64,000 nucleotides of DNA, from positions 96,001 to 160,000 of the IMG/VR virus record IMGVR_UViG_3300024312_000003. One strand, written 5' to 3'. The notes under the pieces are model-generated. The model made no database searches and had not been told where the DNA came from. It saw nothing but the letters and a program-made list of their open reading frames with translations. The DNA comes from a virus. This document shows positions 1 to 9,276 of the stretch, piece by piece; position 1 is the stretch's first letter, and every line of letters begins with the position of its first letter. A program made the position numbers and the translations under genes.

Positions 1-334
1 TACCTATTTGCCATTTGTCTTCTTTCTCCAGTCTTCGACCGTAGAAATACTTAGCATACCATTCCCACCAACCTAATGGAGAATCCTTCGTAGTCCAACC
101 ATTCTTCTCCCATTCTTTAAGGGACTGTCTTGATTTTACTCCGAAGTGATTTTTCTCAACATCAGGTTCTTTACTTCTAGGAAATACGTTAGGATGTTTA
201 TACCAAGAAGCAGGTAATCCTTTTATGGCTACGTTATAATGACAATCCATGAATACACCTAAATCCAACATTTCTTCAGGAGTATAGCATGGATAGAAAG
301 ATGTATTCCATGTATCTGAATTCTTTACCTTCAT
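1..334 (-). CDS. Conserved hypothetical protein, truncated by the window edge (not in the ORF track)
   Basis: Manual translation from ATG at 334: MKVKNSDTWNTSFYPCYTPEEMLDLGVFMD...NHFGVKSRQSLKEWEKNGW...PLGWWEWYAKYFYGRR..DKWQIG, open to base 1. The motifs resemble, from memory, a Trp-rich family seen in giant viruses and large phages. Confidence 0.75.
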   Translation of the reverse strand, partial: MKVKNSDTWNTSFYPCYTPEEMLDLGVFMDCHYNVAIKGLPASWYKHPNVFPRSKEPDVEKNHFGVKSRQSLKEWEKNGWTTKDSPLGWWEWYAKYFYGRRLEKEDKWQIG

Positions 335-379
335 GACTCTTTCCCATAAATGTTATTCATAAGAAAGATGTGTAGTTTC

Positions 380-464
380 TGGTGGCCGGGACGGGGGTCG
401 AACCCGTATACCCTAAAGCGGGGGATTTTAAGTCCCCTGTGTCTACCAATTTCACCACCCGGCC
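380..464 (-). tRNA. tRNA-Leu(TAA)
   Basis: GGCCGGG/CCCGGCC acceptor stem, anticodon arm GGGGA-CTTAAAA-TCCCC, long variable arm, GGTTCGA T-loop, encoded CCA. Confidence 0.95.
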
Positions 465-518
465 ATCTTCACTACATAAGTTAAATGACTTATGTAAATT
501 AATACCTAAGTCATTTTA

Positions 519-526
519 GTAATATA
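519..526 (-). promoter_or_regulatory. Putative phage early promoter motif TATATTAC
   Basis: YATATYAC with an A-rich upstream tract recurs before several transcription units (519, 15149, 27067, 30286, 36522, 41711, 43266) and resembles the phiKZ early TATTAC element. Confidence 0.5.
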
Positions 527-1240
527 TCATTGAATTTTGTTTAAAACATTATTCTTTACACAATGTTCGTAAAATTCTTCAGATATGAGTATCTCTCTGC
601 CGTCCTTTATAACTAATCCGTTTTGTTGAAATTTCTTGAAAACCCTAGAAGCCATTTCTCTTGAACAAGACGATAGTTCAGATATTTTACTAATCGTCAT
701 GTTTCCCATGGTAATTACTCCTATTTTTCTTTCAGAGTATCTACCTATCGAAACCATTATTCTTTCTTCAACATTTAATGCTGGTAAAATAGCCGATCTT
801 GTAATTATCTTATTATTTAAATTAGCCAGTTCAGAATAAATGGCGTTTCTGAATTGTCTATTAACATTCATCATGTCTGCTATAACTGATGATGGTATTT
901 TTACAACATCGGTATTTTGAATACATCTAATATCAGTAATTGATTTTGTTTGACCAATTACGCTTCTTAGATTTATAACTTCTAGCATTGAGTAGAAATC
1001 AATTACCGACTTTCTATTGTATTTAGGTTCTTTTCTGATCTCAGAATAAAGAACAGTCATACTGGCTTCTACTTTACCATTTAGTATAAAAAATAGATTT
1101 GAATTATCTTCATCTTTTTCAATGATTAATTCATTCCTAGCATATTTTGTCTTTATCAAATTTTTAGCAATTTGATCTAATTCCAATGCAGTTAGGTTTT
1201 GAAATAAATGATTTCTTTTAAGAACGTCTTGAATTTTCAT
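527..1240 (-). CDS. CRP/FNR-family transcriptional regulator
   Basis: N-terminal cNMP-binding-type domain (LFQNL...LIIEKDEDNSNLFFILNGKV) and C-terminal HTH with SRE recognition helix (ISELSSCSREMASRVFKKFQQNGLV). Confidence 0.85.
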   Translation of the reverse strand: MKIQDVLKRNHLFQNLTALELDQIAKNLIKTKYARNELIIEKDEDNSNLFFILNGKVEASMTVLYSEIRKEPKYNRKSVIDFYSMLEVINLRSVIGQTKSITDIRCIQNTDVVKIPSSVIADMMNVNRQFRNAIYSELANLNNKIITRSAILPALNVEERIMVSIGRYSERKIGVITMGNMTISKISELSSCSREMASRVFKKFQQNGLVIKDGREILISEEFYEHCVKNNVLNKIQ

Positions 1241-1347
1241 AATAGAATGTTTATATAGTTAGAGTATAAATACGGCATAATAAATCAATTATAGGTAATA
1301 AAAAAGTACAGGATTATATCCTGTACTTTTTTATTTATTTTAATGTT

Positions 1348-1782
1348 TTAACTTTTATTCAATTTAAGACCAAAAGAACCATACGGTCTCCATCCTGCGT
1401 AAAAGCTATATTTTCCCTTATAGCTTATAAGAGGTAGTGGAAATTTAATAGTAGGAGTGGGAGTAATATGGAATGTCCATTTATTTGGAGTACCCCATTC
1501 GGCTGTAGAATACACTGTTCTTGCGTGATCAGCAATACCGATTGTATAAAAGCAAAGATTGTGAGCGGGATTTCGAAGCCACCAAAGTATTGCTAACTTT
1601 AGAGTCTTATCCCGGCCTTTTCTCCAATTGTCATCACCATAATAGCCATCGTCATCATTTCCAAATATAGCCCAAAATGGATACAGTCGTTGGATGAAGT
1701 TTCTATCTATCTTTCTTCGCGCAGGTAATGTTTCTACATGAGGAAATATTTTAATAAAAATAGATTGGATTAATTTAAACAT
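1348..1782 (-). CDS. Hypothetical phage protein
   Basis: 144-aa ORF with FGNDDDG and WWLRNPAHN motifs, followed by and preceded by hairpins. Confidence 0.7.
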   Translation of the reverse strand: MFKLIQSIFIKIFPHVETLPARRKIDRNFIQRLYPFWAIFGNDDDGYYGDDNWRKGRDKTLKLAILWWLRNPAHNLCFYTIGIADHARTVYSTAEWGTPNKWTFHITPTPTIKFPLPLISYKGKYSFYAGWRPYGSFGLKLNKS

Positions 1783-1805
1783 GTTTATTCTTTCTTTTCA
1801 AAAAA

Positions 1806-1833
1806 CATAAAGAGGGGAATTCCCCTCTTTATG
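1806..1833. terminator. Palindromic terminator-family repeat CATAAAGAGGGGAATTCCCCTCTTTATG
   Basis: Perfect inverted repeat directly after the stop of the 1837 gene; near-identical copies occur elsewhere. Confidence 0.85.
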
Positions 1834-1836
1834 CCG

Positions 1837-4800
1837 TTATAACCAATATTCCCCGGAAGGATTATAAGTCCAATAATCAACTCTTGTCATTTCGTCAGAT
1901 CCTGAATTCATTGTAAAACCAGGGTGACCGCCGGACAGCGGAGTTGGATCAGTGTAAGTTGTAAACAGAACACCGTTTATATAAACCTCAAAGGTATCGT
2001 TAGCAGTAGGTACAACTTTAAGAATTGTATCGGCTGTTAAAGTATAAGGTATTGATGTTTGTTCAACCCAATTTCTGGTTATTCTTAAATTAGAAGAATT
2101 GAAGAAGAATCCATAAGCTTGAGTCATTGTTGCTCTGAGCACAGCACCAACTTCAAAATTGAATGTGGTTTGAAGCGGTTGTTTTATCCTCATTTCTACT
2201 TGGGACATCGGACCTGTTTCAGCATCTACAAACCAGCAGTATCCTCCGGCGTTTTTAGAAACATAACTGCCTCTAAGATATCCTTCTCCATCGCAATAGA
2301 AATAGTCTAAAGCTGGATAACTACCGAAGGCTAAAGAGCCAGCCCATCTAGAATCTAATGTTCTAACAGCAGTACCTGATGAAGCTGAGAAATTAAACTT
2401 TCTATAAGCGTCCGGATCAGCTGTGGCTGCCTTAACATAAACAGTTTCAGAGTACTCAGACCACGATTCTCCTATAGAGTTCGTCGCAGTAATTAAACAT
2501 CTTAGTCCAGCACCAACCATATCTAGCGTTGGGGTAGTCTCGTAAGTGTTTTGACCTATCAGTAAAGTATTACCAGCATACCACTGATAGGTGTAACCAA
2601 CAGGACTGTTCGTCCATGTACCAGTTGTTACTCTTACTGGGAATCCGGATTGTTTAGATCCAGATATTGTTGCCAAAGTAACAATTTGAGGAGTGGTAGC
2701 CGATACAATAACTATACCTGCTGATATGGCTGTAGTTAAGCCGGCATCGTTAACTGCTGTTTCTACGAAATAAACCTCATAACCTATATCGTCGTTGGTA
2801 CTAGTGTATGTATCGCTAGTTTCACCGACAATTAAAGAAGATATTCCGTTTAATTTTCGCATCCATTGAATTGTACTTGAATCAGCTTTAGGACTATATC
2901 TGGCCTTATTAGCTGTTAGTACATTTCCTATTACTCTGTTACCGGTGACATAAGCTTGCGAAATAGCTTTAGGGGGAGGCATCTCCATATAAGGATAATT
3001 GATGGGATCTCCTTGTGGAGTAAGTCCTCTTTCAGTTATCATTGGATGATACTGCGCGTTTAGATTGTAATAAACGCTTGTGGGTAGCAGACTTACATCA
3101 TCATCATCGTAAGATACAAAGCCGGGATCGACATCTTGATTAGTGATGTTTAGATCCACTAAAGATCCTTTATAAGAAATACCCTGTAGAACAGATATGC
3201 CATCTCTGTTTGCAGTAGCTGGATCATAAGCCGTAGGCACAACGTTTCTTGCAAAGTTCGTATCGCTAGCTTCTAATACCCCAGCGTACGCAAAGAAACC
3301 TAACTTGGGAAGTTTACCAGTTGGAGTTCTTTTACCAGAGTAAAGTATGTTATTCTTAGCATAGAACTTCATTGGTTCTCTGGTATTCCATGCGCTGAAT
3401 AATGAGGAATTAAAACTATCGTAATAAACGTTATTAAAGAAACCGGAAGATGAGTCGGCTCTTATTGCGACGACATTCTTATAAAAGAAAACAATGCCCC
3501 CGCCAGTTACTTGATTGTGCTCTGAATAGAACGGACCATCGCCGTGACCTATTACATTAGCAACATTGTCCATGAAGAATGTATTGCCGTAAATGTAAGG
3601 GAAATTAGCTAACTTAATTCCAAATACATCAGTAATAGTTAGAGCATCCACATACGTTGCTTGAGGCTCTCTTAAAGATATGCAGTTTTGTGGACCAGAG
3701 CGAATATGGTTGTATCTGAATATCTGACCAGTCGATCTATCTTTGATAGAGTCGCCTGCGTTACCGTTCTTATTTGCACCTATGTAGTTGAATTCATAAA
3801 TGGTGTTAGTTGATTCAGAATAACTATTGTGCGTACCGGTATCACCAACTTCACCATTATCATAGATGTAGTTAAAGAGTATATGTAAATTCTTTAGCTG
3901 AAATCTAGGACCGTTATTAGGATTAGAGTTAGCAAATATACCACAACTATTATCGTGAATTTCACAACCAGAAATGGTAATGTAATCCCCACCCATGACC
4001 TTAATGCCAGCGCTGAAATGACCCCAACGTGTTTGTTGGCCATACATGTTGATAAATTCATTATCCTTATAGGCGGCCGTAATCTTTAGTCCATGGATAT
4101 GGATGTATCCTGGCCGATAAGATGTACTAGCACCGATACCTAATGGTTGAATGATGTTAATTAAACCAGCCCCAGTGTGGGTATCGTTAAGTCTGGAATT
4201 AACCGGATCGTTTTCAGCTCCGATACCATTTAGTTCAGGTAATTGACCTTGTGGTCCTCTGACTCCAATGATTTCAATCCATCTGGTTATTTCACCCCTA
4301 ACATGTACTGGTAGTACGTGTCTGTAAGGTTGTGCTCTCCAATAAACAAATACTCTATCACCAGGTCTGAGGTTTAACCAAGGAACTTCGCTTAATTCAG
4401 CATATTCCATTCCTGGACCTACTCTGAAATCATAACTTGTTAAATCAACACCGATTCGGTTTGGAAGAACGTGATAGTACTTCCAATTTATGTCAGTTAT
4501 ATCGACTGCATTGAAAACAGGCTGATCTCTTAAATTAAAAGGATTAGGAGCTATCTGTCCTGGTGTAAATTCACCATTGCGATACTTCTTAAACCAAGTT
4601 ATGGTATCTTGTCTGGTTGGCACTGGTGGCAATATACTCATGATTAAGTTAGCGTTAGATTCACTAACTCCATCACTTATTCGATACGTCACCATTGGAA
4701 TAAGACCGTAATAACCATTGGTTGGACTTACAGACCAGGCGCCATTTGAATCTAATGAGAATAAACCGGCAGCTCCAAAATCAATAACATCCCCAGGCTG

Positions 4801-5463
4801 ATATGTGGTGGCATGACCTGAAACCGTAAGAGACACCACTGTCAGTGGAGATCCTTCGTAATCAAAGTCGTTAGTTAAGACATTGCCGGTAGAAGTTACA
4901 TTAGGTGGTAATGCAACAGAATCAGTCATACCGACAGGACCTTGATTGGTGCCTGTTATGTTAATTGTTAGCTTTTCTAATTTAGAACCAGTTGATCTAG
5001 CATCCAATACTCTGTAGTAAATTTCTTCACTTGCGACCTGTCCTTGAGTCAGAGCACTACCTGCAGATCCAATTGTAAAAATCCAAGCACCGTCGCTGTT
5101 TAGTCTGAAAGTTCCATAAACGGTATTGAAAGTAGTACCAACAGAACGATTTCCTCCAGAATAAACTATTTCATTAACGGATATGAAATCTCCCTCTGGA
5201 TCGCTATCGTTGGTTAAAACGTTGCCTGTTATTATTCTATTTGCATCAATAAGAGTTGCGGTATCCGGATTAGTAACCGGCATTTTATTAATGTTCTGTA
5301 ATTGCTGGAATACTGAGTTACCGGCAATTGGTTTTACTTCTCCGTTTGGATACTTTATGTATAAAGTTTCAGTAACAAAAGAATATCCTAATTCTTTCAA
5401 TAATAGATCTGACGGATCAGGCTGTGCCTTTGTCTCCGAAGATCTTATGGTAAATCTACTCAT
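1837..5463 (-). CDS. Large tail-fibre/depolymerase-like protein 1 (Ig-like repeats + right-handed beta-helix + C-terminal domain)
   Basis: Probable start MSRFTIR at 5463. GNVLTNDxDxEGD cadherin/VCBS-like repeats, beta-helix-type repeats (ISGCEIHDNSCGIF, FEFNYI, FRYNHI), Ig-like modules (GTWTNSPVGYTYQWY). Paralogous to the next two genes. Confidence 0.75.
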   Translation of the reverse strand: MSRFTIRSSETKAQPDPSDLLLKELGYSFVTETLYIKYPNGEVKPIAGNSVFQQLQNINKMPVTNPDTATLIDANRIITGNVLTNDSDPEGDFISVNEIVYSGGNRSVGTTFNTVYGTFRLNSDGAWIFTIGSAGSALTQGQVASEEIYYRVLDARSTGSKLEKLTINITGTNQGPVGMTDSVALPPNVTSTGNVLTNDFDYEGSPLTVVSLTVSGHATTYQPGDVIDFGAAGLFSLDSNGAWSVSPTNGYYGLIPMVTYRISDGVSESNANLIMSILPPVPTRQDTITWFKKYRNGEFTPGQIAPNPFNLRDQPVFNAVDITDINWKYYHVLPNRIGVDLTSYDFRVGPGMEYAELSEVPWLNLRPGDRVFVYWRAQPYRHVLPVHVRGEITRWIEIIGVRGPQGQLPELNGIGAENDPVNSRLNDTHTGAGLINIIQPLGIGASTSYRPGYIHIHGLKITAAYKDNEFINMYGQQTRWGHFSAGIKVMGGDYITISGCEIHDNSCGIFANSNPNNGPRFQLKNLHILFNYIYDNGEVGDTGTHNSYSESTNTIYEFNYIGANKNGNAGDSIKDRSTGQIFRYNHIRSGPQNCISLREPQATYVDALTITDVFGIKLANFPYIYGNTFFMDNVANVIGHGDGPFYSEHNQVTGGGIVFFYKNVVAIRADSSSGFFNNVYYDSFNSSLFSAWNTREPMKFYAKNNILYSGKRTPTGKLPKLGFFAYAGVLEASDTNFARNVVPTAYDPATANRDGISVLQGISYKGSLVDLNITNQDVDPGFVSYDDDDVSLLPTSVYYNLNAQYHPMITERGLTPQGDPINYPYMEMPPPKAISQAYVTGNRVIGNVLTANKARYSPKADSSTIQWMRKLNGISSLIVGETSDTYTSTNDDIGYEVYFVETAVNDAGLTTAISAGIVIVSATTPQIVTLATISGSKQSGFPVRVTTGTWTNSPVGYTYQWYAGNTLLIGQNTYETTPTLDMVGAGLRCLITATNSIGESWSEYSETVYVKAATADPDAYRKFNFSASSGTAVRTLDSRWAGSLAFGSYPALDYFYCDGEGYLRGSYVSKNAGGYCWFVDAETGPMSQVEMRIKQPLQTTFNFEVGAVLRATMTQAYGFFFNSSNLRITRNWVEQTSIPYTLTADTILKVVPTANDTFEVYINGVLFTTYTDPTPLSGGHPGFTMNSGSDEMTRVDYWTYNPSGEYWL

Positions 5464-5518
5464 GATCGTCCTTGTTTTTTGGGTTGACTGTATCACACAC
5501 GATACTTCAAAAAATACA

Positions 5519-5548
5519 GCATAAAGAGGGGAGATCCCCTCTTTATGC
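5519..5548. terminator. Terminator-family repeat
   Basis: GCATAAAGAGGGG-AGAT-CCCCTCTTTATGC inverted repeat between fibre genes. Confidence 0.85.
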
Positions 5549-5549
5549 T

Positions 5550-8500
5550 TTAGGCGTTATCAGTCCAGTATGTGAATTCATTAGGTAAGTCGTTATCGCC
5601 TATACCTATTGACAATCCAGGATACCCTCCAGACAATGGGGAAGGATCATCATAAGTACTGAGTAATGCATCATTTACATAAATGCTGATGACACTACCA
5701 GATCTAGTTGCTCTTAGCTTATTAAGAGTTGCTTGACCATGATTCCATGCATTGATATAAGTTCCATTGCGATGGAGAGTTACCTCAGTTGTACCGCAAT
5801 TTATTTCATATCCTTGCACAGCATCAAAGTTCAAGACTACTCCTAAATTACCGCCAGAGTTCCTGAAGTTCATTCCTATTTCAACAGACACATTATTGCC
5901 TTGAGAATTTTCATACCAAGCTACACCACCATTCCAAAGTGAAACGTATGAGGCAGTTAATGCTCCATTCCCAGTACAGAAACAGTAATCGTGAGGATAT
6001 TGTCCTGCAGTTTGTCTGCTGTTCCACTTGGAATTTAGAGTCTTAAGACTGGTTCCATTTAATGCGCTGAAATTAAACTTACCAGTGGCATCAGGGTCAG
6101 TTATGGCCGTTATAACCGTTATCAGATTAGAGTCAGCTTCACCAAATTCACCACCAGAATTAGTTGCTTTAATTCTAGCAAAAATACTCTTTCCAATATA
6201 AGAATTGTCTGGAGTAAATGAAGTTGAAGTCTGTCCTGCTATTAGTGTTGAACTACCGTTGGTCTCTCTAACATACCACTGAACAGCGTAACTAATTGGA
6301 GTATTGGTCCAGTTACCATTATTACTTACAGTAACAGCAGAACCACTCTGACCACTTCCAGTTATAGTCGGTGCTGTTGTATTTTGAGGAGTAGTGGTTG
6401 TGGCTATATGGAATAAATCCGATTCAGATACAATGGTAGTCGATCCATAATGGAAAGTACATCTGAATTTAAGATCCATACCTCCGTCATCACTCACAAC
6501 TGTGTAGCTTAATGATGTCTGTCCGGCAATAGGATTTGTTCCACGATACCATTGATAATCAACAGAATCAAACTGAGGGCCTATTATTGCAGGTATTGCG
6601 GTGAGTACTGATCCAATTCCATGCGAGCCAGTTATACTCGGAACAGCATGAACAACAGGTGTTCTTTTCTTACCATAGGGTGCTTGTACTGGTAATCCTA
6701 ATGGCGTTAGTGCTCTAAGAATGACTTCGTTTTTGTGCGCCCCGTTTAAAGTAAAATACGGGCTCGTATTCATTATGCTAAAGTCATTATTTTGAATACT
6801 AGCAAATCCTGGATCAGCATTACTTAACGTTACATTCAGATCAGTTAGAGTTCCAGTGTATGGATTACCTTGGTTAACACTACCCGCATTTGGAGTTGCA
6901 GCTGGGTTAATCTCAGTAGGTTTAAAACTGTTTGTGAAATTGGAATAGAAATCAGCAATACCCTGATATCGGAAAGCCGAGAAAGGAGGAACAGTTCCGC
7001 CTTGAGTAGCTGCCTTAGAGTAATACAAATTATTGTAAGAAACTCCGGTTTGTAATGTTCTGGTATTCCAGAAATCAAATGTCGGAACCCCACCAGCATC
7101 GGTGTGTGCGCCAGCATAATCATATCCCGCTGCATCAAAATTAGCAACGCAGATATTATTGTAGAAGAAACACTTACCGTTTCCTCTTACTTGATTTTCG
7201 AATCCACCATATACGAAAATACCATCGCCGTGAGCAACCATACTTGCTTCGTTTATGAACTCAAATTGATTTGCATAAACGTAACTATAGTTAGCACAAT
7301 TAACTCCTAAAGAGTCTACTTGAGTAAAGCCTATGCTAACAGTTGCTTGTGGATCACGCAAAGACATTGCATTTGCAGAGCCGCTCTTGAAATAATTGTA
7401 TCGGAAAATATGTCCAGTCGATCTATCTTTGATCGAATCACCGGCATTACCTGGTTTATTAGGTTCAAAGTAGTTAAATTCATAAATCATACTTATTGCT
7501 TCAGTGTATGAATTATGAGTACCATAAGCCTCCTGTCCAGTCGCACCGTTATTGCCAAAACGATTAAACAACATATGGCAGAATCTAGACACCAATCTTT
7601 CTCCGTTACCTGGAGTTGAATTGATGAATACTCCAATTCCGTTATCATGGAAATAACAACCGGAAACAATCAGATAATCAACTCCAGCGACCTTGATACC
7701 GGCTACAAACTCACCCCAATCTTTATTAGCACCGGTGTAGTCCGTTATTCTTGAAGGAGTCATTGTATTTCTAATTTCTAAACCATGGATATGGATATAA
7801 CCTGGTTTAAAGAAATTATTAGACCTACCGTCTAGTGGTGGTACGATAACTATCATACCTGAACTAGAGTGAGTGCTGTTCAAAGAACTTGTACTGGCTA
7901 CTTCAATAGCGTTTGTTGCGTCCAATATTGGTTTGTTACCGTTAGAATCTTTAACACCAATAATTTCAATCCACTTTGCAGACGTTCCTCTGTTTTGCAG
8001 AGTGATAACATGATTATACGGCGTGGCTCTATAGTAGACAAATACTCTATCACCAGGAAGCAATTTATCCCAAGGAATATCTCCGATTTCAGCATATTCC
8101 ATTCCTGGACCTACTCTGAAGTCAAGACAGCTGGAATCAGCAGCATTTCTATTTGGGAACCATGGTCTATAGTCCCAATCTGGATAGGTCCAATTTACAG
8201 CGTATGATGGATCGACTCTTACTTGAACTGGATTGGTAGCAATGTTTACCGGGGTAACGTCACCATTCTCATATTGATTAAACCAATTAACAGCTTGAGT
8301 ATATTCGTTACTAACGTTAGGCAAGACAGTAACAACAATGCTTCCAGAAGTAACTGTCGCATTTCCATCTGTTACCGAGTACTGTATTGTTGGGAAGTAA
8401 CCAGAATAATCAGGATCGGCAGTAATAGACCACGTTCCATTAGCATTTACTGTAACACTACCAACGTCAGTTAAATTAACTGTAGAACCCGGAGTTCTGT

Positions 8501-9221
8501 TAGTCGGATCACCACCAACTCTAAATGACGAAATAACCAATGAATCACCATCAGCATCAGTGTCATTGAGAAGAGCATTTCCTGAAACTGTACTGCCTGC
8601 AACAACCGTACCGGAATCAGCAACAACTATAGGTGATTCATTTCCACCCAGTATGTTTATTGTTAAAACTGACAGAGTCGATTGATTTGCATTTGAATCT
8701 ACGATTCCGTATTGGATGGTTTCTGTAACACTATCTCCAATCTTCATTGTTCTGGAAGCTTGATTCAGTGTGAAAGTCCACGAACCATTTGATTGAATCG
8801 TAAAAGTACCGTGGGTTGTTGTAAATGCTTGCCCGACTGTTCTTGATTGTAGTGCGTAACTTACACGATTAACAGTGCGAGTATCATTTTCCGCATCAGT
8901 GTCGTTGGTTAAAACGTTACCAGTAACTTGACCGTTATTTGATTCAGTTATACTGGCCGAATCCGGGTTAGCTACTGGGTTTTGATTAATTGGGCCGGCT
9001 CCTTCTAGTACACTTACTCTTCCTGTCAAATCAGCTATGGCTGTTTGATGTTGTTGAACTAATTGTGTAAAGTAATTACCGCCTATTTCTCTAACTACCC
9101 CGTCAGGATATCTCAAAAAAAGTTTATCTGATAGATACGAGTATCCTTGTTCGTTTCTTAACAAGTCAGTTGGAGCGGGCGCTGTTTTATTTGCTGTGGT
9201 TCTTAATAATGGTCTTGACAT
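5550..9221 (-). CDS. Large tail-fibre/depolymerase-like protein 2
   Basis: 1223 aa with the same architecture as protein 1; shares FRVGPGMEYAE, GDRVFVY, DSIKDRSTGxIFRYN. Confidence 0.75.
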   Translation of the reverse strand: MSRPLLRTTANKTAPAPTDLLRNEQGYSYLSDKLFLRYPDGVVREIGGNYFTQLVQQHQTAIADLTGRVSVLEGAGPINQNPVANPDSASITESNNGQVTGNVLTNDTDAENDTRTVNRVSYALQSRTVGQAFTTTHGTFTIQSNGSWTFTLNQASRTMKIGDSVTETIQYGIVDSNANQSTLSVLTINILGGNESPIVVADSGTVVAGSTVSGNALLNDTDADGDSLVISSFRVGGDPTNRTPGSTVNLTDVGSVTVNANGTWSITADPDYSGYFPTIQYSVTDGNATVTSGSIVVTVLPNVSNEYTQAVNWFNQYENGDVTPVNIATNPVQVRVDPSYAVNWTYPDWDYRPWFPNRNAADSSCLDFRVGPGMEYAEIGDIPWDKLLPGDRVFVYYRATPYNHVITLQNRGTSAKWIEIIGVKDSNGNKPILDATNAIEVASTSSLNSTHSSSGMIVIVPPLDGRSNNFFKPGYIHIHGLEIRNTMTPSRITDYTGANKDWGEFVAGIKVAGVDYLIVSGCYFHDNGIGVFINSTPGNGERLVSRFCHMLFNRFGNNGATGQEAYGTHNSYTEAISMIYEFNYFEPNKPGNAGDSIKDRSTGHIFRYNYFKSGSANAMSLRDPQATVSIGFTQVDSLGVNCANYSYVYANQFEFINEASMVAHGDGIFVYGGFENQVRGNGKCFFYNNICVANFDAAGYDYAGAHTDAGGVPTFDFWNTRTLQTGVSYNNLYYSKAATQGGTVPPFSAFRYQGIADFYSNFTNSFKPTEINPAATPNAGSVNQGNPYTGTLTDLNVTLSNADPGFASIQNNDFSIMNTSPYFTLNGAHKNEVILRALTPLGLPVQAPYGKKRTPVVHAVPSITGSHGIGSVLTAIPAIIGPQFDSVDYQWYRGTNPIAGQTSLSYTVVSDDGGMDLKFRCTFHYGSTTIVSESDLFHIATTTTPQNTTAPTITGSGQSGSAVTVSNNGNWTNTPISYAVQWYVRETNGSSTLIAGQTSTSFTPDNSYIGKSIFARIKATNSGGEFGEADSNLITVITAITDPDATGKFNFSALNGTSLKTLNSKWNSRQTAGQYPHDYCFCTGNGALTASYVSLWNGGVAWYENSQGNNVSVEIGMNFRNSGGNLGVVLNFDAVQGYEINCGTTEVTLHRNGTYINAWNHGQATLNKLRATRSGSVISIYVNDALLSTYDDPSPLSGGYPGLSIGIGDNDLPNEFTYWTDNA

Positions 9222-9248
9222 ATTTTCTCTCTATTTAAACTTTAAACT

Positions 9249-9275
9249 TAAGAGGAGGGAAATTCCCTCCTCTTA
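9249..9275. terminator. Terminator-family hairpin
   Basis: TAAGAGGAGGGAA-A-TTCCCTCCTCTTA inverted repeat. Confidence 0.8.
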
Positions 9276-9276
9276 C

